Assembly (NCBI GenBank): GCA_949358305.1
Contig: OX442314.1
Coordinates: 8,928,001-8,992,000, forward strand
Direction of reading: 5' to 3'
From: Strigamia acuminata
Taxonomy: Eukaryota
DNA length: 64,000 nucleotides
Shown here piece by piece: positions 35,301-43,432 of this stretch. Below the pieces are notes generated by a model. It was not told the origin of the DNA. It made no database searches and was given only the letters and a program-made list of their open reading frames with translations. A program made the position numbers and the translations under genes. The first letter of the stretch is position 1. Every line of letters begins with the position of its first letter.

Positions 35301-36790
35301 AATTGTAGTCGACCCAAAGGGCTCCAAAACGCAGTTTTAGCACGGTCGTTCGGATGAACCTCTATTTGCCAATAGCCTTTTGACAAATCTATTGTTGTGA
35401 CCCATTCAAACCTTCCGAGTTCTCGCAAGATTTCCTCAATGCTCGGCATTTGAGGAGGGTCGTATAATGTATGTGCATTGAGTGGTCTAAAATCAATGCA
35501 GAGTCTCGGATCACAATCCGGACGCATCACTAGAACTATTCGCATTCCATAGTCTCCAGTGGCTTGTTCAACGTATCCATTATCCAACATGTCTTGACAG
35601 ATTTGACGGATAATTTCACGTTTTTGTGGATTTACACTTTTAAACGGAACTCTAATAGGAACTTTAGTGTCCAGTTTAATTTCATGCCTAACGAGGTGTG
35701 TTCTACCTGGTCGGCGTGATAAAATCTTTTCATGTTTCTTTAATACTTTTTCAAGCATTAAATTATTTTCCATTGACAAATTAGCGTCGCTAACAAGTCT
35801 TTGTACTATATTTTCTTCATTTGCAACTTTAGCTTGACACGCAGTGGCAGAGCCAGCTTTCATGTGATTTGCTTTAATAAAGTCGCGTCTCATGATTTCT
35901 TCGGGTGGATCAAGGAACTCTTGATAACGATCAAGAATCGCTTGAGGAACAAAAGGTAAATCTTCTTTCAAAGACTTGACAAAATTCCAAGACATGGTCT
36001 TAGGATTTGGTTGAATATTGAGTCGATTCATGAAATCACATCCTAATAAAATAATAGGATATTTATTTCTTAAAATTATGAATGGATGACTTAACATCCC
36101 GTGTGTCCACGCAAAAGAAAGTAGGAGAGTTCCTTCAGGGACTACATCTTCAGAAGCAGTCGTAACTCTCACATCCGGTCCAATTGGTCGAATTTCATCT
36201 TCCAGTTTCAGCGAAATTACTACGGAGTAGGCCATGAAGCTTCGATTAGCTCCAGAGTCTAACATCCCTGTTATCATACCGTTTGCCGTCTGCAATCGAA
36301 TCGTCGGCAAATCATTGCTGTTTGGTATGTCCGCGTACTTGCACTTAAAACGTCGCGGTGGCTTAATTTCTATCGGCGGATCTAATGGTAATTCGTCCAA
36401 TAAATCATTAGTGACTAGCGTTGCAGCCATTAATTTTTCAATACATTCATCAAGACCAGGTAAATCAATTTTATCTGACCTTTCAATGATTTCAGGTGTT
36501 GGCCTAGTTTTTTCATCAAGTAAAGTAACAGCATCTTTTATTTTAGATTCCCAATCAATTTTTATTTGTTGAACTTTTTCTTTAAAAAATTCTTCAGTGA
36601 TGTTCTCATTTTGCAGCACAAGCCTTAAATTGGAAACATCAATTTTTGGAAATATTAAATTATTTTCTAATTCTAATTTAATCTGAGTATTTAAAAAATC
36701 ATCTAAAATTTGAGATGGTGTTAGTTCATTTTCCGAGGCGGTAGGCGTCGCATCCACTAGACCGTCGGGATGCGCGCTTACAAGTTTTTT
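32309..36790 (-). CDS. pol: Element B Pol (PR-RT-RNase H-IN), translated by -1 frameshift from gag
   Basis: LDSGA protease; RT LCIDFRPLN, IDLSKGYWQ, MPFGL, YLDD; RNase H TDAS/ELE/TDH/DALS; IN HHCC and D-D-E; uninterrupted ORF. Confidence 0.95.
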   Translation of the reverse strand, partial: KKLVSAHPDGLVDATPTASENELTPSQILDDFLNTQIKLELENNLIFPKIDVSNLRLVLQNENITEEFFKEKVQQIKIDWESKIKDAVTLLDEKTRPTPEIIERSDKIDLPGLDECIEKLMAATLVTNDLLDELPLDPPIEIKPPRRFKCKYADIPNSNDLPTIRLQTANGMITGMLDSGANRSFMAYSVVISLKLEDEIRPIGPDVRVTTASEDVVPEGTLLLSFAWTHGMLSHPFIILRNKYPIILLGCDFMNRLNIQPNPKTMSWNFVKSLKEDLPFVPQAILDRYQEFLDPPEEIMRRDFIKANHMKAGSATACQAKVANEENIVQRLVSDANLSMENNLMLEKVLKKHEKILSRRPGRTHLVRHEIKLDTKVPIRVPFKSVNPQKREIIRQICQDMLDNGYVEQATGDYGMRIVLVMRPDCDPRLCIDFRPLNAHTLYDPPQMPSIEEILRELGRFEWVTTIDLSKGYWQIEVHPNDRAKTAFWSPLGRLQFRVMPFGLVNAPSTFQKLIEKILGDAYRKFAWAYLDDIIIISKNFEEHMIHLEEILSKLENANLHVHPEKSKFGRKELTFLGYKLSVHGVSVDPKKVAAIKEMPAPSNLKELQRFLGMVNFFHRLLKNLAVMTEPLRPLLKKDVEFIWSEIHQEAFDQIKDALTNAETMAMPDLTEPFIVHTDASRKGLGAALMQMREIDDQNIEVPCVYASRSLQPAEINYSATELECLAVIWALRKFRHYLEFTTFIVRTDHQALKWLMQLDEPAGRLARWQMELMRYSFEIQYIKGPLNVLADALSRSPIDKPENPEDDGDNDELLSYCPSPQRNWKMGKFHELPVSTLEEKEDHEFVNYWTKIYDPSEESDDVIRAQISRKFQVPSSNVLIKAFVAKIVERLDCEPPTREDIIKAQKEDKVCQLMRNFLNCNQFPPDVTTRLQRKQYRKHATTFLIEDDLLMQFHPTMSDELGEDGRALKVFVPQTLKYKIIWLMHGHPLSGHPGIARTLYRARRIYTWKGMKSDITRFIRHCERCQACKPRTKGQIEAAQMGPYSPFDCLSVDLTGPKPRTRKNNTHILVILDVATHWPELYPMCNPTAGKVANCIYHLSMSMGFPRKIISDNGPQFRAQVFKKFCEKFKMVPTPTSTYHPQANPVERVNRDIKYLVAIYSSVHSKWDEYLREFAFSLRTTVTRGRDFSPAFLNFFRELRVPWDPRIPEGILVVDPKNPHLYVQKLEAVIAETYQHMMSHVLDLRRRVNLKKEGEKFSNFKLNDLVWRDSHVLSSAARGIAAGIADKRTGPYVITKVLQGGSVELRKLENNEIFPAVHSSELTPYFPSFDQEVWLEGEEVGQKTENIINTLDDDELKKIPVDNSSKPQMESDLVNNDVELRDSFKKLEIAKKLNKKVFLEKKQKTSEIKDSSDSVSDDNEDGDLNTINPSPTKRYNLRTRKPRGKNNMCLLPSLTSRSRDQPYDVRSNSSSHTQTNQTIRLDDVTNSDVTQT
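36745..36790 (-). other. -1 programmed ribosomal frameshift signal
   Basis: A_AAA_AAC (36790-36784) just before the gag TAA, followed by CGCATCC..GGATGCG stem; the -1 frame opens into pol. Confidence 0.8.
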
Positions 36791-39672
36791 AGAAGTTCGC
36801 CGATTGATTTCATCGATTTTTCGAACTCCTCAATAATCTTGTCTTTGCTCGTTTTCCTATCAGGACATTCTTTAGCCCAATGTCCTAATTTTTTGCAAAT
36901 GTTACACGGGTCAGTAGCAGGTGATTTTGCGACTTTTGGCGAAGGCGAGCTTGAGCGTTTGGCTTCGTCCTTTTTCGGGGTCGGCGACTTCAATCTACTG
37001 AGCGCGTCTGTCTTTGGTGAACCAAAAGTAACGTTTTTAGGCGCCATCTTTGGTCCAAATTTTCGAGCTACTGCGTTATTACGGGCTAATAAAGCAGCTG
37101 CAGCCTCGCTTTCTGGTTCCGAGTCAGATTTCTCTGGTTCAGAAGCAGCTTCCATATCTGTCACTTCGGCTAAGTGAGCTTTAGGGGTTGGATGTGGATT
37201 TTTCCCATCCGATCCCTTTCTAGATTCCTTAGCAGTCTCTGCCAAAAAATCTCCTCGTTTTGGGGGTTGCAAAAGAGGGGTGTTAGCAAAACGTGTGTCT
37301 TTTGCCAACTCCTTTCTCCGTTGCTGTCGCTTAGCGTACGCAACTTTTTCATCAGCTGGTAGATAAGCTTTATAATTTTCGTCAATCCTTATCTGATTAG
37401 CTCGCATAAATTTGGCTAATTCAGCGAAACCACCCGGATAAGGTGCTCGTACAGAAAGTAGAACATTTTTTGAGTAATCTGTCAATCCACGACGGAATTG
37501 ACGATCAATGGCTGCGTCTCCCATCGTATACGGGAGAGTGACCAATAAATCCTCAGTCCTTCTTAAATAAGAGCGAAGACTTTCGCCTTTATTTTGAGAA
37601 AGATTATCCCACATTTGTAATAAGTCTTCACTTGACTCTCCATACTCAGTCATGAATTCTTCTACAAAGTGGTTCCAGTTTTGAAATTGTTTAGAATAAA
37701 ACCATTTCTCAGCTCGATCTATAAGAGCTTTTGGTACTACTCTTTTCAAAGCAGTGTGACATGCAATGCCATTCAACCTTGAAATTCGTAAAACTTCATC
37801 TAAAAGAGTGGATCCAGCTTCCCATTCTCCATCGAATAAAGCGGGTTTGATGTGATCCCATCTAATAGTTCTTTCATCAACTAGATCGTGAGTCCAGTTG
37901 TTGGCAGTATATTGAGCAATTTTCTGTCGTAGTGCAATGTCAGCATTATCGGCAGTAGCGTCAGATCGATCGGAAGATCGACGATCAGCTAATAATCGAT
38001 CAATTTCTTCAGCAGTGTAATAATGTGTATTACGCCGTGAAGAGTGGCTTCGATGTCGACGTCGATGAGATCGATGTCGATTATCGCGTTCTTGTTGCGC
38101 ATTCGCATCAGAATCCGATCTTGAATCAGATTGTGAATTTGAAGGTGTGTTGAAATGTGGTGTTTCAGGTGGGTCGGGTGGGTCGCCGTCATCATCTGGT
38201 GGTCGACGTCCACCTCCAGGCGGTCCATCTCCATGTCCATCTGGATTTCTTCCATTTGGTGGATTTCTCCTATACTGACCCCCACCTGGCGGGCTTTCAT
38301 GTCCGTCGGGTGGTTCGCGTGCTGGATTCATTTCTCGTCGACTTCTTTTCGACGAATCTTGTTGTTGCGTCAGTGGTATCGTTCGAGCAACGTGAATACC
38401 TGTTTCATGCCGCCTATTTCGATCGTCTACCATCCCCAGCAGTCGGTCACTGTTGTGAAAAATAGGATTTCGATTACCTGGGAGCGGATTGCGATCAGCT
38501 CTCCGTTCCTCGGAATCTGAAGGACGTTTTCTTTTTGAGCGATGGCGGCGACGCGAACGTTGGTCGTCATCACTCGATAATCCAGATTGGCTACTTAACT
38601 CTGAAACAACGGAAATTGTTATTGTTTCGGGAGTCAAAATAGGGACAGTTGGCGCAGCCATTTCTGGTTGCACCAATTGGTCAGTATAATTCCTTGCTTG
38701 CAAACGATCTTTCATTTCTGCAAGCTCTTCTTGGGCGCGCAACAAATCAGCTCGGAGAATTTCATTCTCATTTAGTTGACTTTGCGATTCTTCTGGTTGT
38801 AATCGCTTAGCAGGGTTGCTAGACTTGACTTGTCCGCTCGTACTGGGTTGATCCAGCGAGTGAAAAATCTCGTCTTCACGCTTAGCTATTTTGCTTTCGC
38901 GAGTACGCTGTGTTTTAGCACGTGTGTCTAATTCAGCAGCATATCTCACTAGTTGATTATGATTGCGTTGGTAGTGGTCTGCCAAATCAATCAATTCTTT
39001 ATTTTTCTGCTCCAGCTTACTTTTGGTAAGCTCGAGCTGTCTTCGCGCCTCTTGGTGTGAGCGAATTGAAAGTTCATTTCTAGTGTTCATTTTAGAAAGA
39101 TCTTCCACTTCACCTTTTAATCGGTATTCTCTAGCTTTTTGGGCTAGAAATTCCTCATTTTGTCGATTGAGTTCCATATGTTGGAGTTCAACCTCCGCTT
39201 TTTGTTGTTGAAGCTCAGCTTCTTTTCGTTCCATTTCAAATTGTAAATTTGAAACGGCACGATCAGTGTGAAGTCGTATCATGGCGCGATGAATCTCTTC
39301 CACCGTCATGTCGTCCGTTATTTGGGCGCCATCTTGGCGTGCTTGATTTCTCAAAGCATCCAACATGGTCATGCGAGGAGGTGATTCGTGAGACGATTCA
39401 CTTTCCATTTCACGTAACGTATTTTCCACTTCCTCCAGTGGAAGTGGCGGGAGTTCTTGGTCGTTAGAACTCGCACTTGAAGCGCTTAATGCTCTAGCAA
39501 CTTCATTTTCAGCATCCTTAAGTTGTTTCGGATCTGGAACTGGTGTTATTTCTTCAGAAATAATTTTCTCTGTAAGCATTTCAGGCTCGAGAGCCGGCAA
39601 AACCGTCGCTGCTCGTTTCTGAGTGCTTGGTCGACCTCGCTGTCGTTTTACAATTTGCATTGGCGTCGCCAT
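36778..39672 (-). CDS. gag: Element B Gag (964 aa)
   Basis: N-terminal RGRP AT-hook, coiled coil, capsid-like 'VVPKALIDRAEKWF..Q..GESLRSY', CCHC knuckle CNICKKLGHWAKEC. Confidence 0.9.
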   Translation of the reverse strand: MATPMQIVKRQRGRPSTQKRAATVLPALEPEMLTEKIISEEITPVPDPKQLKDAENEVARALSASSASSNDQELPPLPLEEVENTLREMESESSHESPPRMTMLDALRNQARQDGAQITDDMTVEEIHRAMIRLHTDRAVSNLQFEMERKEAELQQQKAEVELQHMELNRQNEEFLAQKAREYRLKGEVEDLSKMNTRNELSIRSHQEARRQLELTKSKLEQKNKELIDLADHYQRNHNQLVRYAAELDTRAKTQRTRESKIAKREDEIFHSLDQPSTSGQVKSSNPAKRLQPEESQSQLNENEILRADLLRAQEELAEMKDRLQARNYTDQLVQPEMAAPTVPILTPETITISVVSELSSQSGLSSDDDQRSRRRHRSKRKRPSDSEERRADRNPLPGNRNPIFHNSDRLLGMVDDRNRRHETGIHVARTIPLTQQQDSSKRSRREMNPAREPPDGHESPPGGGQYRRNPPNGRNPDGHGDGPPGGGRRPPDDDGDPPDPPETPHFNTPSNSQSDSRSDSDANAQQERDNRHRSHRRRHRSHSSRRNTHYYTAEEIDRLLADRRSSDRSDATADNADIALRQKIAQYTANNWTHDLVDERTIRWDHIKPALFDGEWEAGSTLLDEVLRISRLNGIACHTALKRVVPKALIDRAEKWFYSKQFQNWNHFVEEFMTEYGESSEDLLQMWDNLSQNKGESLRSYLRRTEDLLVTLPYTMGDAAIDRQFRRGLTDYSKNVLLSVRAPYPGGFAELAKFMRANQIRIDENYKAYLPADEKVAYAKRQQRRKELAKDTRFANTPLLQPPKRGDFLAETAKESRKGSDGKNPHPTPKAHLAEVTDMEAASEPEKSDSEPESEAAAALLARNNAVARKFGPKMAPKNVTFGSPKTDALSRLKSPTPKKDEAKRSSSPSPKVAKSPATDPCNICKKLGHWAKECPDRKTSKDKIIEEFEKSMKSIGELLKNL

Positions 39673-40039
39673 TTTGTCAAATTGAAAAAGAACAATGGAA
39701 ATAAAGGATTTTTTCGCAAAAATCGGGTTTTAACAATCAAAACTATCCCGGCCGGGCCCCCAAGTGCGGCGATCCGGGTTTTTACTTATTAAATTATGTA
39801 AATTCAATAAGCAATCGTCGTAGAGATGCCGTACAGGACTTCTACTCTGTGGCCAAATGTTTGTCTAGGGGAATGATTTTACACAGAGTAAAGGAAAAAT
39901 TAGATAGCTTTAATTGTTCAAAATACAAAGGAGGTATTATTCAAAATGTTTGGGGTCGATCTGGCTTCTTCTTCAATATCTACACTCACAGTTGACCGTT
40001 GGCTCCAAGATGGCGTCGATGGCGTCGTGTGAGCGCGGG

Positions 40040-40325
40040 ATTTTAGCGGAGTAAACTCGACGCTAAAATACGTTGCTAAAATATTCTAAAATCCTCGCGG
40101 AGCAAGCTCGACACGAGAATACGTCTTGCACACAGCGGTTTGATTATTACGGAGCAAGCTCGACGTAACAATCCGTCTTAACACAATTCGCTTTGTGGAG
40201 TTAAACTCAACACAAAGCCTTCAAACTAACAGAGTAAACTCGATGTTAGTTTCACACAGATTTCTTTGTGGAGCAAGCTCGACACAAAGAACTACAAATC
40301 GACAGAGCAAGCTCAATGTCAATTC
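40040..40325 (-). other. Array of seven bulged RNA hairpins in 5' LTR of element B
   Basis: Same array as 18760-19045. Confidence 0.85.
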
Positions 40326-41186
40326 ACACACAGAAATGGCTTAAATTACGTGTAGTAATTCAAGCTAGAAAGTTGCTATTCCGTACAGTGGGTACAGACC
40401 AGCGATGAAACTCAATTCGTCCAAGAATCACAGATCACACTTTGCAGTTTTGGCAGAAGTTTGACACGGTTGTGAACAGTTTGGAGGTGGAATCAAGAGT
40501 GCGGGAAGAGTGGGCCAAAACCGTTTGGCTCACTTCTAAATCTGCTCAGAAAAGCTGCGCAGATGACGAGTTGCATGAAGATCACACACGGCCGCCTTCG
40601 GGTCGTGTGCAACAATCGAGCCGGGCACGCGCGAGGGGAAGGGATGCTCCGCCCAGGCACACGCCTAGCAGCATCATCAAAGCAATGCACGCTGCAGCGC
40701 GATTGGTTGACGCTGTTGCTGGGCCAAAACTTGCTGCAAAACACAATATTATTTGGGTAATATTGTGTCTTGTTTTATATTTTATTAATGTATGTTTTAT
40801 TTCAATTTACCTTGAAACAAAACATATAAGCTTGTTGAATATGTTTATAAGACAATTTGGAAATATGGTGCGCACTCAAATAGGAATATTTGAGGTCACC
40901 ACAAATCGAACGCCGTCAAACCAAACGCTTCGTGTCGTTCTTTTGTCTCACATGGCGCAGTCGACGCTACTAACCTAAAGGGAATCGCCGTTAATTCGCA
41001 CACATCAACCGATGGCTCGCACACTTCGCACACAACGCACACCACGCACGAATCGCACAAATCGCACAAATCGCTCAAATCGCTCAATCGCTCAATCGCT
41101 CAAATCGCTCAATCGCTCAAATCTCACAAATCGCACAACAAACTCGCACAAACGAATTCGCACCCGCACCCGCTTTACCGACGAAG

Positions 41187-41620
41187 ATGGCCGCCACAAT
41201 GAACGCCAACTTCTTGAACACCGCCGACGCACGAACGCTACTACGCTCCACCAACGAACGACTTCTGAACAGGTTTACTATCGCCGAATTACGCACCGAA
41301 TGCGATACCAGGGAACTCCTGGTACCGGCAGGGGCGAACAAGGACGCGCTGGTCGCCGCACTACTAGCACAGAACATCGCCGCACCGGCCAATTTGGCCG
41401 GCCCCACCGCATTGCCACTAACGGACCCACGCATCAACGACATGGCCACGGTTTTGGCCCTGCTGTCCGCGCACGTTCTGAGCCCGTCCACCACGCCACG
41501 CGTTCGACACGTTCATGGTCAACGATGGAGATCGTGCTTGGAAAGCACATGCGTCACAGCTGAAGCCCGACGTCCCGCGCCAGCAATCAGGGGACGATTG
41601 CACTTCAGTTGGGGGGGGCG
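41187..41620 (+). pseudogene. TRIM internal Gag remnant with SAP/HeH-like motif
   Basis: 'FTIAELRTECDTRELLVPAGANKDALVAALL' fits a SAP-like pattern; ORF runs into the 3' LTR. Confidence 0.5.
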
Positions 41621-42130
41621 TGTGACTCTGCCGGCCCCCACCTCACCCCAGCGCCACCATCGTCCTCGCACGTGTCCATTGACCCCTCGCCCGTGGTCCA
41701 CTCGGGAAACCCTTTTGACCCACTTCCCCCTCTCCTTTGTTAAATAAACTTTTGGCATTCAATCGAACGCCGTCAAACCAAACGCTTCGTGTCGTTCTTT
41801 TGTCTCACAACGGTCATGTCTGTCTGTCCGTCCGTCGTCATCGATTCCTCCAAAACTAGCAGCTAGAGCCAAACGGGAAACTGCAACCTGCAATGAACTC
41901 AGCATACCTATATTAGTATCTGAAGATGTTTTCGTACTTCTCCGACCGTTTTAGTACACTTTTAGCCTTTTTTTAACGGAAATGACGTCATATGACAGCG
42001 TTTAGAAGTCTAATATGTAATGCTTCCCTGCATTACAGATGTTTACTTGTATATTCCTTAAAAAACCGGAACCGGAAATTGGGTTATGTGTAAATTTAAA
42101 GGTCCTATTAGTCCCGCAGAAACTGTCAAA

Positions 42131-42484
42131 TTAGTTCGGCTTTGGGGCGCTGGGCTCCAGCCCCATTATCCCCATTCTAGATCTGCCCCTGATGTCAAGG
42201 CATCTCCGTGTTAAACCAAACCAACTAAATAGATATTCAGTAGTAAGTTGCTTTTTAATCTTAGCCCAATTGTGAACAGAAGAGTTTGTCACCGCGATAC
42301 GTACTTTGTAATAGTCGTCGTCGCCGCCGCCGTCTGGGCTGCCATCTCCTACTGCCGTCGCTATAAAAATTGGAGATTTTTTTTGAAGATAAAATATTAA
42401 AACAAAATTGAAACTTATATTCAGGGAATAAGACTCACCAACACACAGCACAAAGATGACGAACACGATCATTAAATAATTCAT
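42131..42484 (-). CDS. Putative small secreted peptide (copy 2), two exons, 3' end replaced by other sequence
   Basis: ATG 42484, hydrophobic MNYLMIVFVIFVLCV, GTGAGT..TTATAG intron 42438-42361, TATA-like at ~42610. Confidence 0.5.
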   Translation of the reverse strand: MNYLMIVFVIFVLCVGESYSLNISFNFVLIFYLQKKSPIFIATAVGDGSPDGGGDDDYYKVRIAVTNSSVHNWAKIKKQLTTEYLFSWFGLTRRCLDIRGRSRMGIMGLEPSAPKPN

Positions 42485-43432
42485 TTTCAACGGATGCTCT
42501 TGCGGTAGAAGAATTGAACTATGTTGTGAATCGCTATTCACAACATAGTTCAATTCTTCATCTGCAAGAGCTTCCGTTGGAAGACTTTTCTTGTTGAATG
42601 CAGCCGTATATATACACATTTATTAATGGCCACATCTGGATGGTCTCTAATTGATTGCATTCAATCGGATTAGAGATTCTATTAACTTTAATATTTCAAT
42701 TCAGTAAAATGAATAGGTTATCAATTAGAGAAGTAAATATTAATTAACATAGGGCAGGTAATAAACTATTTTTAAAAGGTAATTTATCATACTAGTAGAT
42801 ATGGATGCCATAAAGTTTATATAAAATTTATATATTTAATATTATTTTCATAAAAAAAATTATTTTTTCATAAACAAAAATTATATATATATATATATTT
42901 AATGTTGGAATTTATATATTTAATATTAGAATTTACATATTTAATATTATTTTCATAAAAAAATTTTTTTTTTTATAAAAAATAAATTGTTTTTTTTGAT
43001 AAAAAATAGTTTTTTTTTTCAAAAAAAATAAATTGCTTTTTTTTCTCAAAAGAAAAAAATTATTTTTTTTTCTCAAAAGAAAAAAATTATTTTTTTTTTC
43101 AAAAGATATAAATTGTTTCTTTCTCAAAAGATATAAATTGTTTTTTCTTTAATAAAAAGAAAACAATTTATCCAAATTTTCTGGTATAAATTTGTTCCCA
43201 TGTCCAGACCTATGCAGATTTCCCAATACTAAATTTGTTTCCAGTCCTGCTCATCATGATCACGATCAACAAGACCGAACCCTCCCAATGGAACAATCAC
43301 TCGATGAAATAAAAAGGAAAATAGTTTTAATGAAATGATGTAATCATAAATTAACAGTCCGTTTTTACATGTCGTGGAAAGTATTGATTGTATATCACAA
43401 TTGAATTAAATTTAAATGGATCGACAAGAAAT

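Larger units (their letters stand above)
18485..40903 (-). mobile_element. Gypsy/Ty3 LTR retrotransposon B (complete gag-pol plus accessory gene; ~13 kb without nested LARD)
   Basis: 1139-bp LTRs 18485-19623 and 39765-40903 (two differences noticed); 4-bp TSD AATC; PBS TGGGGGCCCGGCCGGGAT (tRNA-Pro-like); PPT AAAAGGGGGGGAAG at 19624-19637. Confidence 0.96.
18341..41809 (+). mobile_element. TRIM (miniature LTR element, ~1.05 kb); its 5' LTR is split by element B
   Basis: 189-bp TG..CA LTRs (18341-18484 + 40908-40952; 41621-41809), 5-bp TSD ACGGT, PBS TGGCGCAGTCG (tRNA-Ser-like) at 40953, G-rich PPT at ~41610. Confidence 0.9.
18296..42050 (+). mobile_element. Helentron-associated (HINE/DINE-1-like) element, outermost host of the nest (18296-18340 + 41815-42050)
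   Basis: Subterminal IR TTAGACTTCTAAAC / GTTTAGAAGTCTAA, GTCY microsatellite (gtctgtctgtccgtccgt), 3' hairpin TGTAATGC-6-GCATTACA followed by ACTTGT. Confidence 0.7.
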
